Origin: Microbacterium sp.
GTDB taxonomy: Bacteria; Actinomycetota; Actinomycetes; Actinomycetales; Microbacteriaceae
DNA length: 58,152 nt
NCBI GenBank assembly: GCA_049646915.1
Contig: JBARWR010000071.1
Span: 1 to 58,152, forward strand
Direction of reading: 5' to 3'
The notes under the pieces were generated by a model. That model was not told where the DNA came from. It saw only the letters and a list, made by a program, of their open reading frames with translations, and did no database searches. The translations under genes and the position numbers were made by a program. Below are positions 30,842 through 40,505 of this stretch, piece after piece. Positions within the stretch are counted from its first letter, which is position 1, and every line of letters begins with the position of its first letter.

Positions 30842-31446
30842 GTCAGGCCCTTCCCAGATGCGGCGGATGCGATGTCCATCCGTTCCTGTTCGATAGGTAC
30901 GCTGGCGAACCAGCGGCCTACCGTCGACGGGTGTACGTCGAGTTCCCGTGCGATCCGCTTGTTTGACCAGCCCTCCCGCCGCAACGTCGCCGCGCGTTCC
31001 TGCGGCGATGGGGGAGCCAGACGCTCAAGGGGAGTGGAGGGTTGGGGAGTGCGGATCAGAAGCACTGTCAAGTGCGTGATGGCAAGCAGGACGACCGGCG
31101 GCACCGCGGCGACGGCGGCGGCAAGGAGGCCGGGCACATCTGCGTCCGCAGCGACGACGGCATGAATAGAATTCGCGGTCACTGACACTGCAGCGGCGCC
31201 CGCAAGGAGCATCCATGGATACCAGGCGGACCGTGCACCGGCAAGGGCAACGACGGCGACCGTTGACACAACGATGACGCCGTCGACGATGAGCGGCCAG
31301 GCCCACGCCTGCCCATCGCCGATGCCCGAGCGGGCGGCAAGGTCTGCAAGCGAAGTGAATGACAACCAGAACGCACCTGCGGCGACGAATACCGTGCCGG
31401 CGACGGCCGTCATGACGGCCCACCGTCGTCCCCCGATGCGCTTCAT
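30838..31446 (-). CDS. DUF2637 membrane protein with C-terminal HTH
   Basis: AFWLSFTSLADLA, WPLIVDG, four TMs, GWSNKRIARELDVHPSTVGRW. Confidence 0.85.
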   Translation of the reverse strand: MKRIGGRRWAVMTAVAGTVFVAAGAFWLSFTSLADLAARSGIGDGQAWAWPLIVDGVIVVSTVAVVALAGARSAWYPWMLLAGAAAVSVTANSIHAVVAADADVPGLLAAAVAAVPPVVLLAITHLTVLLIRTPQPSTPLERLAPPSPQERAATLRREGWSNKRIARELDVHPSTVGRWFASVPIEQERMDIASAASGKGLT

Positions 31447-32363
31447 GCCAGTTCCCGCGAATCGGTAACCCGAGGTGGCTTGTGGGGTGTTGTTGAAGCG
31501 GTATGCGATAACGACCGAACTGGTGCGCCCTGTACGGTTCGGTAGGCCGAGCGGACAGTTGCGGTCACCTCGCGTTCGCTGAGACCCGTCTGCACGCCAG
31601 CGGTCGTGAGTGCATCGAGCGCTTCGACCGGCGGTACGTTTTGCTCGGCCATCTTGCAGGCCGCCCAGAACACCCCGTGGTTGCGTTCGCCTTCCTGCCT
31701 TCGAGCAACCCACTCCGCAAGCCGGTGCACATCGCCGGCTCGCATCGCAGACTGGCCGTCGGGTGCCCAACGGGGCCCGCGCGGAGGATCAAGGAAGTCG
31801 CGAAGCTGACCCGCGTCGAACGCCTGCGTACTTTCGCCAGCGAACTGCAGGACCTCGTATCGACGCGCGCGCCCTTCGATGATCCGGCTCGACGGTGGAA
31901 CGATGATGTAACCGCCGTCGCCGCGGAAGTCGATGCCAGCTCGTGCGCACTGCCAGGACCGCTGCTCTGACCCGCCCGCTGCGGGGAAGTACAAGTGCAG
32001 GCCATTCGACGGTGATCTCACGGCAGCCACCCAGCCATCCACGAGGCCTCGAGCCTGCGCGTGAGCCAGCGCGTCGTAGCCATTGACGGGGCCATGCACA
32101 TCAACGTCGACGACGACGAATCCCGATACTGTGCCGGTCGGGATGCCAATGTTCGCGGTCGGCATCGCCGTCCACCAGCTCCGCACGAGAGCAGGATCCG
32201 CGCTGGCGGCACGGAAGCCTTCAGCGACGGCGGGGTGCTTCTCGTTCGTGGCGCACGGGAACACAGGGATGCCATGGGCGACGTAGGCGAGTGCGCTCTC
32301 ATCGACCGAGGTCTTGTGGGATGCGCGGTCGAGAGCCCGGGCGAACGGGTCGGCGGCATTCAT
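31443..32363 (-). CDS. Bifunctional DNA primase/polymerase (Prim-Pol + PriCT)
   Basis: VFPC, NIGIPTG, VVDVD, GLHLYF, IDFRGDGGYII, GERN. Confidence 0.9.
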   Translation of the reverse strand: MNAADPFARALDRASHKTSVDESALAYVAHGIPVFPCATNEKHPAVAEGFRAASADPALVRSWWTAMPTANIGIPTGTVSGFVVVDVDVHGPVNGYDALAHAQARGLVDGWVAAVRSPSNGLHLYFPAAGGSEQRSWQCARAGIDFRGDGGYIIVPPSSRIIEGRARRYEVLQFAGESTQAFDAGQLRDFLDPPRGPRWAPDGQSAMRAGDVHRLAEWVARRQEGERNHGVFWAACKMAEQNVPPVEALDALTTAGVQTGLSEREVTATVRSAYRTVQGAPVRSLSHTASTTPHKPPRVTDSRELA

Positions 32364-33445
32364 CGCAGCGCTCGCGGTTCGGTAAATGCGGCACGCTGCG
32401 CGTTGTTCGTGGACACTGGGCTCTGGCCCGCCCGGTTCGTAGCTGACGCGCTGGTGCGCGTCGATGCATGTTCGAGTCCTGGAGGTGTGCCGTCGCCGAG
32501 CATTTGTGTGTCCAGCTGGTCGAGAATCTTCATCGCGGTGGCGCGGACACGTTCTCCCGTCGCACGAACGATCTCGGCGGGCTCTTGCCCTTCCACCTGC
32601 GCCGCCCACGTTGATACATACGGGATCGTGTAGCCGGATGTGTCCATGCCGTGCGCTGCACCAATCATGAGTGCGACTGACTCGGCCTCGACCTCGCCGA
32701 TGCCGCGGTGCTGCCGCGCGTCGGACTGATCGGGACCGTGCATCAAGACATGCGCCAGTTCGTGGGCGAGTGTCTTCACTTGAGCAGCGTCGTCCATGTT
32801 CTCGCGCACCGTCACGGTCTTCTCGGCGTAGTCGGTCATCCCGTTTGCGCCGTGTATCAAGGTTTCGTGCTGAACTCGACGCAGTCGGAACCCGGCGACA
32901 CGAACCAGTCCTGCAAGACCCTCCCAGAGCCCGGCAGGGGCGTCGCCCTCCAGAAGCTGCGGTGCCGGCGGTGCGGGGAGCGGTTCGCCAGCAGTCTGCG
33001 ACGCGTCCCAGACATAGGCCGAACGCACCCCGACCATGCTCGAGCGCACGGTCTCTCCTGGCCGCGGCTTCTCGAATCGACCCAGACGCCGCCACGAATC
33101 CTTGTCAGACGGCACGGCTGAGGCGAAGCGTCCGGTGACCGGCGCCATGATCTGGTAGCCGGGCTGTCCCTTCTGCACTTGGCGTCCGAGAGCTTGCCAT
33201 TGCTTGTACCCGGCTACGTACGACGGCATCGGCTCGGGCACCAGCCCTGCTTCGTAGGCCGACACATGCTGCACCCATATCAAGAGGGTGTTGCTGAACG
33301 ACCGGCTGCGGAACCGGGCCGCGAAGGCGAGAGCGTTGGCCCAATCCTCGCCGGACACCAAATTGTCAACCGCGGCGGTCAACCGTTCATGCACTTCAGC
33401 GAGCGTCGCTTCGCGCGCAGCTCTACTGTCCTTTGTCGATGTCAT
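32360..33445 (-). CDS. ArdC-like ssDNA-binding protein with HExxH metallopeptidase-like domain
   Basis: SFSNTLLI, GYKQWQALGRQVQKG, WDASQT, HELAH, EVEAESVA. Confidence 0.85.
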   Translation of the reverse strand: MTSTKDSRAAREATLAEVHERLTAAVDNLVSGEDWANALAFAARFRSRSFSNTLLIWVQHVSAYEAGLVPEPMPSYVAGYKQWQALGRQVQKGQPGYQIMAPVTGRFASAVPSDKDSWRRLGRFEKPRPGETVRSSMVGVRSAYVWDASQTAGEPLPAPPAPQLLEGDAPAGLWEGLAGLVRVAGFRLRRVQHETLIHGANGMTDYAEKTVTVRENMDDAAQVKTLAHELAHVLMHGPDQSDARQHRGIGEVEAESVALMIGAAHGMDTSGYTIPYVSTWAAQVEGQEPAEIVRATGERVRATAMKILDQLDTQMLGDGTPPGLEHASTRTSASATNRAGQSPVSTNNAQRAAFTEPRALR

Positions 33446-33608
33446 CGTCGACCCTCCTTCCAGGGCGCCACCGTGTGGGGACGTGCGGTCGTACCTTCTT
33501 GAGGTAGACACGAACGACCCGCGTCAGCTGCCGCCGCTTCGCCGCAGAACGCGGGCTCAGTCCCGGCGGTGTACGCGCTGCTTGGGTAACCATGGGGAGA
33601 GCACACAT

Positions 33609-33639
33609 GGCCAGACCTGTCGAAAAAAGGCCAGACCTG
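33609..33639. promoter_or_regulatory. 11-bp direct repeat in divergent ardC/XRE promoter
   Basis: GGCCAGACCTG at 33609 and 33629. Confidence 0.55.
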
Positions 33640-33646
33640 CGTCAAA

Positions 33647-34468
33647 ATGAGTCAGAGCGTGTTGACGGGATCTGACGCGAGGAAGCAAATGACCACAGGA
33701 CAACGACCGACTGGAGTAGGTACCGGACGCCGCCTGGCGGAACAGATGCAGCAGCAGCGAATCAGCATCCGCGACCTCGCGACCCGTGCTGGATGCGATG
33801 AGCGGACCATCACGCGAGCGCTCAACGGTGAGACGATGCCGCAGCTGCGCGTGGCCGAGAGCATCGCTGCGACGCTGGAGTGCGAGGCCGAGGACCTCTG
33901 GCCGCGAGTCGGTCCCGGTTCAGTGACTCACGCACCCGCCGTCTGGGTGAGCATGTTTCCGTCCCGAGCAGAGGTGCCCATCGAGCTGTGGCGCGAAGTC
34001 CTCTCGACTGCGAGCAGTCGCATCGACATCTGCATGTACGGGGGCACGTTCCTGTTCGACAACGTGCACGGTTTCCTCCGCCTTGTGCGCGGCGCAGCCG
34101 AGCACGGCACCCAGGTGCGGATCACCGTCGGCGACCCGGGATCATCCGCAGTTCACCAACGCGGCCTCGAGGAACATATCGGGGACGCTCTCGCCGGTAG
34201 ATGCAGGATGACTCTCGCGAGACTCGAACCGCTCGACAGCGTCGAAGGGATCGAGCTGCGCACGCACGCGACCCCGCTGTACGTCTCCATGTTCTTCATC
34301 GACGACACGCTCTACGCGAACCACCACGTCCTCGGCTCGCCAGCGGGGGACAACCCTGTGTTCGAGATTCCGCGCGATGCGGACGCCGAACTCTGGCAGA
34401 ACTACACCGACTCCTTCGAGCGCATCTGGTCCGGCGCGAGACCCGTGAGCTACCCCCTCGGGTACTGA
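33647..34468 (+). CDS. XRE-family regulator with DUF5919-like C-terminal domain
   Basis: N-terminal HTH; RAEVP..LW, IELRTHATPLYVSMF, YTDSFERIW. Confidence 0.85.
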   Translation: MSQSVLTGSDARKQMTTGQRPTGVGTGRRLAEQMQQQRISIRDLATRAGCDERTITRALNGETMPQLRVAESIAATLECEAEDLWPRVGPGSVTHAPAVWVSMFPSRAEVPIELWREVLSTASSRIDICMYGGTFLFDNVHGFLRLVRGAAEHGTQVRITVGDPGSSAVHQRGLEEHIGDALAGRCRMTLARLEPLDSVEGIELRTHATPLYVSMFFIDDTLYANHHVLGSPAGDNPVFEIPRDADAELWQNYTDSFERIWSGARPVSYPLGY

Positions 34469-34484
34469 CTGTAAGGGCACCAGA

Positions 34485-34955
34485 ATGGCACGCATCGACT
34501 ACTACAACGACCCCGACGCTCCACGTGCGAATAGCGTCGTCCCGTCGACCACCTGCGTCGTCGTAGACGAGCGCGGACGCATCGCGCTCGTGCACCGCAA
34601 AGACAACGGGCTGTGGGCGCTCCCCGGTGGTGGGATGGAACTTGGCGAATCGATCAAAGAGTGCGCGGTGCGTGAAGTGAAAGAAGAGACCGGGCTGGAT
34701 GTCGAGATCACCGGCCTCGTCGGGGTGTACACGAACCCGCGGCATGTCATGAAGTACGACGACGGTGAAGTACGGCAGCAGTTCTCTCTCTGCTTCACGA
34801 GCCTCCTCATCGGAGGCGACCTCGCCTTCGACGAAGAGTCAACCGACATCGCATGGATCGAGCCCGATCAGATCAGCGAACTGAAGATGCACCCATCGAT
34901 GAAACTGAGGATCGACCACTACCTCGAGCATCGAGACAGCCCTTACCTCGGCTGA
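34485..34955 (+). CDS. NUDIX hydrolase
   Basis: GGGMELGESIKECAVREVKEETGL Nudix box. Confidence 0.93.
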   Translation: MARIDYYNDPDAPRANSVVPSTTCVVVDERGRIALVHRKDNGLWALPGGGMELGESIKECAVREVKEETGLDVEITGLVGVYTNPRHVMKYDDGEVRQQFSLCFTSLLIGGDLAFDEESTDIAWIEPDQISELKMHPSMKLRIDHYLEHRDSPYLG

Positions 34956-35500
34956 AGTGTCGCCCGTCGCTCGTTCACCCGCGCGACGGCGGCCAGCAGT
35001 TCGGGTGCTGATTGCGAGACTGCGGCGAACACAGGGCCATCCTCTGCATACCGCGAGAGAATCTCCGAGATGCGGTCTTCCGCGCTGATTGGATCGCCCG
35101 ACGGTGATGTCGTCATGTCCGCGTACGTGACGACATCGAGGATGTCGCGTGGGGGAGGGGCAAACTCGCTCAACTCCGCCAACAGACCTCGTTGCTGCGC
35201 CTCGAAGAGCGCACCCGTATGGAACGCGATGAGCGACACGACGAGGGCTGGCAGTCCAGCATTCTCCGCGAAACGTGCGCCATCGACAGGATGGAAGCCC
35301 GTAGTTGCGATGCCCGACGCGTAGCCGACGTCGTGCAGCCAACAAGCGGCAATGATCTCGTCTGAGTGCTCCGCATCAAGGAGGGGAGCAACTCTCTCCG
35401 CAGTCGCTGCAACGCCCTGGACGTGCGCCCATCGCTTGGGCGCATCAGACAGGTGCTCAGTCGCGAGCGATCGCGCTCGAGCCGCGAGTTCGGAGGCCAT
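34943..35500 (-). CDS. HD-domain metal-dependent phosphohydrolase
   Basis: RWAHVQGV, WLHDVGY, GFHPVDGA, YADMTT. Confidence 0.9.
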   Translation of the reverse strand: MASELAARARSLATEHLSDAPKRWAHVQGVAATAERVAPLLDAEHSDEIIAACWLHDVGYASGIATTGFHPVDGARFAENAGLPALVVSLIAFHTGALFEAQQRGLLAELSEFAPPPRDILDVVTYADMTTSPSGDPISAEDRISEILSRYAEDGPVFAAVSQSAPELLAAVARVNERRATLQPR

Positions 35501-35641
35501 CTACTCACGCTAGCGAGGAAAGCCGAGACTGCATATGTCGGCAGGTCAAGCCTTGAAAAATCCTCCTCAATCTGGTACTGCTCGGAGATCATCGGAAAGG
35601 TCGGCCCGCCGCGGTCGCGAGGGAGGAATGAAGTGATCTAG

Positions 35642-35702
35642 CCGCGGTTGTCTGCAGACGACATCACCTCCCATCTCGGGGTCTACCAAGGACACGGTCT
35701 AC
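35642..35702 (+). pseudogene. Relic of excisionase-like HTH gene
   Basis: PRLSADDITSHLGV / +1 / TKDTVY, resembling the 'WLSADDIAAHLGVTKDTVY' HTH family. Confidence 0.5.
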
Positions 35703-35764
35703 CCTTCGGACGGTTCACTTACATCCAAGCGGGAGAGCACACTCGTGAGTTTGCCGATGGCGCA

Positions 35765-35912
35765 CATGATGGCAGCGAAAGCACAAACACCGGAATCGTC
35801 GGGAGCACGCGCGCGAGCTGCTGACCTACGGCGGCGATCTGGGACGCGACGACGAATGTGAGGGCGAATATCATGAGCGGCACCATCGCACCACTCACCC
35901 CCGCTCGAGAAC
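35765..35912 (-). pseudogene. Fragment of Acr3/bile-acid:Na+ symporter-like gene
   Basis: GAMVPLMIFALTFVVASQIAAVGQQLARVLPTIPVFV recalls actinobacterial arsenic-resistance transporters; no intact flanks. Confidence 0.4.
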
Positions 35913-36176
35913 ATGCCCCCAGTGGGACTGCGCTGCTGCGATCTGTGTCAGCCCAGCGACCGCCAGAGGCAGGACGACAAACATCAGGAAGGCTTGCGCG
36001 AACGGTCGCAGATCGATGGTCCGCACGAAGTGGTCGTCGAAGAAGAGCCACAGGCGCAGAGGGAGTAGGACGACCTCGCATATCCCTGCCTTTTCAAAGG
36101 AACGGCGAGTATCGTCCTATGAATGTTCGGCTCCCGGATTCCGCGACCCGTGCATACGACCGGCTCCCTATTGATA

Positions 36177-36569
36177 ATGCGCCTCATTACCACTATCGCG
36201 CTGTCGCTACTGCTGGTGTTCGGCGTCGCGAGTACGAGCCACACTGAGGTGAACGGCGGGAATGGGCCATCGGCGGCCGCTGTGGGCCTTGCCTTATCAG
36301 GCGACGATGGTGCTATCGGTTCTACGGGTCAGGAACAGATTACGTCTGCCTCCGTCGGGACGGGTACGCTCACGGGTCCGGCTCTTTGCGCTCTGGGGAT
36401 TCTATGCGGACTCACCGCGATGGTCCTGTTCCTGCGGATTCTCCATTGCCCCGTACGATCACCTTCACTCCGCGCGTGTTCCCGCCTCCCTGCTCTTCTG
36501 ACTCCATCCGGCGCGCAGCCACATGCGACTGCCTTCTCACTGACTCAACTGGGTTTGTCCCGAACCTGA
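36177..36569 (+). CDS. Two-TM Cys-bearing leader protein ending LGLSRT, copy 2
   Basis: Signal-like N-terminus, Gly/Ser loop, ALCALGILCG TM, tail AFSLTQLGLSRT*. Confidence 0.65.
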   Translation: MRLITTIALSLLLVFGVASTSHTEVNGGNGPSAAAVGLALSGDDGAIGSTGQEQITSASVGTGTLTGPALCALGILCGLTAMVLFLRILHCPVRSPSLRACSRLPALLTPSGAQPHATAFSLTQLGLSRT

Positions 36570-36657
36570 CACCCGACGCTGCACCGTTCGTCAGGACGGT
36601 GCCTTCTACGAGCGTGCACTCGTGTTGTCGACCGTCCGTCTTGATTTGGAGTACCCG

Positions 36658-37323
36658 ATGAAGCCTGCTGTGAAGATCAGCCTCGTCACCATCGCTGTTG
36701 CCATGGTGCTGATGCTGGTTGCGTTGTTCTCTGTCCTCAACAACCAGAATTCGAAGGAGCCGCCCACGCTGGGGGACTCGGCATCCGCGTCTGCCGTGAT
36801 GAGGGAGAGCTCGCACGTTCTTGACGACGGCGGCGAGGGCGCCGTGACCGTGGTGGAGTTTCTCGACTTCGAGTGCGAGGCCTGCGGCGCGTTCTACCCG
36901 GTCGTCGAGAGCCTGAGGACGAAATATGAGGGGAAGCTGACGTACGTGGTGCGCTACTTTCCTATCCCCGGCCATTTGAATTCGAGGAACGCCGCCGTCG
37001 CCGCTGAAGCCGCAGCGAGGCAGGGTCGCCTGGAGGACATGTATCACCGGTTGTTTGAGACGCAGGCGGACTGGGGCGAAGCGCAGGAGTCGCGGGCGGA
37101 TGTCTTCCGCGGATTCGCTGCGGGGCTGGGTCTGGACATGGCCGCGTACGATAAGGCAGTCGCCGACCCGGCCACGGTAGAGCGCGTTGATGTGGACTTC
37201 AACGACGGGCAGGCGCTTGGCGTGAACAGCACGCCCACTTTCTACGTCGATGGCGAAAAGGTCGAGTTGAAGAGGTTCGACGATCTGGAGAACGCCATCA
37301 GCGCTGCGCTGGAGCGCCGATGA
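36658..37323 (+). CDS. DsbA-family thiol-disulfide oxidoreductase
   Basis: N-terminal TM, EFLDFECEAC, GVNSTPTF. Confidence 0.92.
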   Translation: MKPAVKISLVTIAVAMVLMLVALFSVLNNQNSKEPPTLGDSASASAVMRESSHVLDDGGEGAVTVVEFLDFECEACGAFYPVVESLRTKYEGKLTYVVRYFPIPGHLNSRNAAVAAEAAARQGRLEDMYHRLFETQADWGEAQESRADVFRGFAAGLGLDMAAYDKAVADPATVERVDVDFNDGQALGVNSTPTFYVDGEKVELKRFDDLENAISAALERR

Positions 37324-38336
37324 CGGTTCCGGGACTGTCGCACCGCCGTGTAGTCATCGTCGGCGCAGGATACGCCGGGCTGGAAGTCGCGGGAGTGCTC
37401 AGAAGGGCTGGTCTGGTCCCGCAGAGGGATTTCACGGTCATTGATGCGAATAAGAAGGGCCAGCGGTCGTGGGCCACGCGCTGGCACTCCATGCCGCTTC
37501 GCAGCGATGCCTACGACAGCGCGGTTGCTGGCCGCGTGTTTCCGGGTGACCAGGGCCGGCATCCGCGGGCATACGAGATGGAGGCGTACCTGGCCTCGGT
37601 GGAGGCGTCTCTCGGCGTTGCGGTGATGTGGGGTATCCGCGCTGTCGATCTGGAGTCACGCGGCCACGGCTCGACCCTCATCCTGTCCACCACTGAGGGA
37701 TCTGTTCAGACTCGCAATGTGGTCTGTGCGACCGGTTCTTCGGTCCGACCGTGGGCCCCCAGCTGGGCGGCGGAGCTCTCCGTTCCGGGCGTCGTCATGC
37801 ACAGCGCGGACTATCGCTCTCCCCAGCAGATTCCCGAGGGAGACGTGCTGATCATCGGCAGTGGAGACAGCGGAGTGCAGATCGCTCGGGAACTCGCCCC
37901 CTCGCACGACGTCACCATCTCCTCCCGATACGGCGACCGGAGAGACCGTCAACAGAGACAAGAGGGGAGCCGGTCCTGGTTCGCGCGCCGACGCTCGAGG
38001 TTGCTGAAGGCGAAAGAGCATGCGGAGCTGCAGCAGCACGGAGCTTCCATCGTGCCGGCGGCAGACGGCGCTGACGATGGACATGTCGTCCTCGGTGACG
38101 GTGTGAGAATGTCCCCACGGTCGGTGATCTTCGCCACCGGGTACCTGCCCGGCGACGACTGGCTGCCACAGACCCTCCGCCACTCGGCATCCACTCGCGG
38201 ACGCCGCGGACGGACCTCAATGCCGGGCTTGTTCGTTGCAGGAATCCCGGGCTACAGCAGACCAGGTGCCGACAATTTCGCCGGTATGCGACGAGACGCG
38301 ACCTCGATCGCGCGTCTCATCTTGAATCGTCCCTGA
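37320..38336 (+). CDS. Flavin-dependent oxidoreductase (CzcO/FMO-like)
   Basis: GAGYAG, CATG, HSADY, GSGDSG, FATGY; precedes CDF transporter. Confidence 0.8.
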   Translation: MTVPGLSHRRVVIVGAGYAGLEVAGVLRRAGLVPQRDFTVIDANKKGQRSWATRWHSMPLRSDAYDSAVAGRVFPGDQGRHPRAYEMEAYLASVEASLGVAVMWGIRAVDLESRGHGSTLILSTTEGSVQTRNVVCATGSSVRPWAPSWAAELSVPGVVMHSADYRSPQQIPEGDVLIIGSGDSGVQIARELAPSHDVTISSRYGDRRDRQQRQEGSRSWFARRRSRLLKAKEHAELQQHGASIVPAADGADDGHVVLGDGVRMSPRSVIFATGYLPGDDWLPQTLRHSASTRGRRGRTSMPGLFVAGIPGYSRPGADNFAGMRRDATSIARLILNRP

Positions 38337-38354
38337 CAGCATAAGGAGAAGCAC

Positions 38355-39263
38355 ATGGCAGCCGAACACGACCACGTGTCAGCCGGGACGTCCCGACGGC
38401 GCCTGCTCATCGCGTTCACGATCACATTGATCGTCTTCATCACCGAAGTCGCGGGAGCGGTCATCACGGGCAGCCTGGCATTGCTGGTGGACGCCGCGCA
38501 CATGCTGACGGACGTGATCGGTCTTGCTCTTGCTCTCACTGCAGCACACTTGATGAACCGGACGCCCTCCGCGCGGTATACCTGGGGTCTGCGCCGGGCA
38601 GAGGTCCTCGGTGCGCTTGCTCAGGCGGCACTCCTGCTCGGTGTGGGGGTCTTCGCTCTGATCGAGGGCGTACGGCGCTTGTTCGAGCCCCCTGAGATCG
38701 CATCCGGCAGCCTGCTGTTCTTCGGGATCATCGGCCTGATCGCCAACGTCGCATCGCTGTTTGTACTCATGGGCGGGCGCAAGACGAACCTCAACATGCG
38801 CGCCGCGTTCCTCGAGGTCTTCAATGACGCGCTCGGATCCGTCGGAGTGATCGTCAGTGCGATCCTGATCACAACGCTCGGTTGGTATCGCGCGGATGCC
38901 GTTGCGGGCATCGTGATCGCACTGCTGATCATTCCCCGCACATTCATCCTGCTTCGCGCGTCAGGGAGCGTACTTCTGGAGTCCACTCCGCCTGGGTTGG
39001 ATCTCGACGACGTCCGTCGTCATCTTCGGGAGTTGGACCACGTCGTCGACGTGCACGACCTGCACGCTTCTCAGGTTTCCACAGATCTGCCCACTCTGAC
39101 CGCCCACGTCGTGGTCGACGATCAACTCTCGCAGAAGGAGTCGGCCAAGCTGCTCCGTTCCCTCCAGACTTGCGTCGCCGAGCACTTCGCGGTCAGCGTC
39201 GAGCATTCCACATTCCAGATCGAGCCGAGATCTCACCCCGGCGAGCACACGACCCACGCCTGA
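38355..39263 (+). CDS. czcD: Cation diffusion facilitator (CzcD-like)
   Basis: SLALLVDAAHMLTD, NLNMRAAFLEVFNDALGS, VHDLH, HSTFQIE. Confidence 0.9.
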   Translation: MAAEHDHVSAGTSRRRLLIAFTITLIVFITEVAGAVITGSLALLVDAAHMLTDVIGLALALTAAHLMNRTPSARYTWGLRRAEVLGALAQAALLLGVGVFALIEGVRRLFEPPEIASGSLLFFGIIGLIANVASLFVLMGGRKTNLNMRAAFLEVFNDALGSVGVIVSAILITTLGWYRADAVAGIVIALLIIPRTFILLRASGSVLLESTPPGLDLDDVRRHLRELDHVVDVHDLHASQVSTDLPTLTAHVVVDDQLSQKESAKLLRSLQTCVAEHFAVSVEHSTFQIEPRSHPGEHTTHA

Positions 39264-39312
39264 TGACCTCGACTACTACTCATCACCTGAAACCAAAGCG
39301 AAAGACAACAGC

Positions 39313-39585
39313 ATGAAATGTCCCGTTGACAGTACCGTCCTTCTGATCACCGACCGATCCGGCGTGGAGATCGACTACTGTCCCGAATGCCGCGGAGTCT
39401 GGCTGGATCGCGGCGAGCTGGACAAGCTCATAGACCGCTCCACAGGTCCGCTTCCCGCTGCAGTCGTCGACCGCGACAACCAGGGGCTCAGCGATGATCT
39501 GAGTCGCGAACGCGGTCGAGCCCAACACGGTCGCGATGGGCGCCGTCGACGTGAAGGGTTCCTCAGTGACCTGTTCGATTTCTGA
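39313..39585 (+). CDS. zf-TFIIB zinc-ribbon protein
   Basis: MKCPVD...IDYCPECRGVWLDRGELDK...FLSDLFD. Confidence 0.88.
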   Translation: MKCPVDSTVLLITDRSGVEIDYCPECRGVWLDRGELDKLIDRSTGPLPAAVVDRDNQGLSDDLSRERGRAQHGRDGRRRREGFLSDLFDF

Positions 39586-39979
39586 TTCTCAATCATCACA
39601 CGCGCTGCTTGCCGTCCTCGCCAGGAGGAGGAACGCGCTTCTCATAGCCTCCCTGATTGCGTTGTCGATCGGAGGGGTGCTCGGAACGGACACCGAGTCC
39701 GCGTCCGCCAGCTGGTCCGCGCGTTCCACGTCGGTTCCCACTGAGTCACCTGCCCCGTCTCCCACTCCTACGGAGACGGCCCACGATTCCGACGAGAAGC
39801 AGGACAGTGAACCGGGCGTCGAGCGCGACGATCTGGGATTGCTCGGCCTGCTGTTCGTCGGCGGCATCGGATTTCTGCTCGCCACGACAGCTGCCGGTGC
39901 TCTGCTCGTAGCTCGGGAGCGACGCCGGCGTGACGGCGAACAACCCATCACGAGCGATGTGGAGCCAGCCGATGACTAG
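39536..39979 (+). CDS. Hypothetical membrane protein (start uncertain)
   Basis: Signal-like helix, Pro/Thr linker, C-terminal TM followed by RERRRR. Confidence 0.45.
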   Translation: MGAVDVKGSSVTCSISDSQSSHALLAVLARRRNALLIASLIALSIGGVLGTDTESASASWSARSTSVPTESPAPSPTPTETAHDSDEKQDSEPGVERDDLGLLGLLFVGGIGFLLATTAAGALLVARERRRRDGEQPITSDVEPADD

Positions 39980-40505
39980 GAAGGGCTCACGATTTGCTGT
40001 AGCGTTCATCGTTGCCGGGCTGACCGTACTCATCGACCAGGTGAGTAAGGCTGCGGCGCTTGCTCAGCTGAGCGAGACGGAGCGCATCCCGCTGCTGGGA
40101 GATGTGATCGGTCTGCAGTTGGCTTTCAATCCTGGTGCGATCCTGTCCTTCGGCTCCGAGGCGACGTGGCTGTTGACGCTCCTCGGTGTTGGCGCCATCG
40201 GCGTACTTTTTGTCGCGGCAATGCACTCACGCACCGCCGGCTGGGCTATCGGAATCGGGTTCATTCTCGGCGGCGCGATCGGGAACGTGTTGGATCGCCT
40301 GTTGGCCCCGCCTGGATTCGGGCGCGGGCACGTGACCGATTTCCTCGCATACGGAAACATGTTCATCGGCAACCTCGCGGACGTAGCTCTTGCAATCGGG
40401 GCCCTCATTCTGTGTTTTGGATTGTGGATCCGTCGTCGTGAGGGACTCCAACGATCCAACGCCGTCACGGCTCAGACCGAGAACGCGCAGGCGGATCTCC
40501 CGTGA
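39972..40505 (+). CDS. lspA: Lipoprotein signal peptidase II
   Basis: DQVSK, NPGA, GNVLDR, VTDF, NLADV. Confidence 0.88.
   Translation: MTRKGSRFAVAFIVAGLTVLIDQVSKAAALAQLSETERIPLLGDVIGLQLAFNPGAILSFGSEATWLLTLLGVGAIGVLFVAAMHSRTAGWAIGIGFILGGAIGNVLDRLLAPPGFGRGHVTDFLAYGNMFIGNLADVALAIGALILCFGLWIRRREGLQRSNAVTAQTENAQADLP

Noticed and set aside
33601..33608. GCACACAT as a member of the backbone promoter motif
   Set aside because: Faces the XRE gene rather than the transfer arm; ambiguous, so not counted
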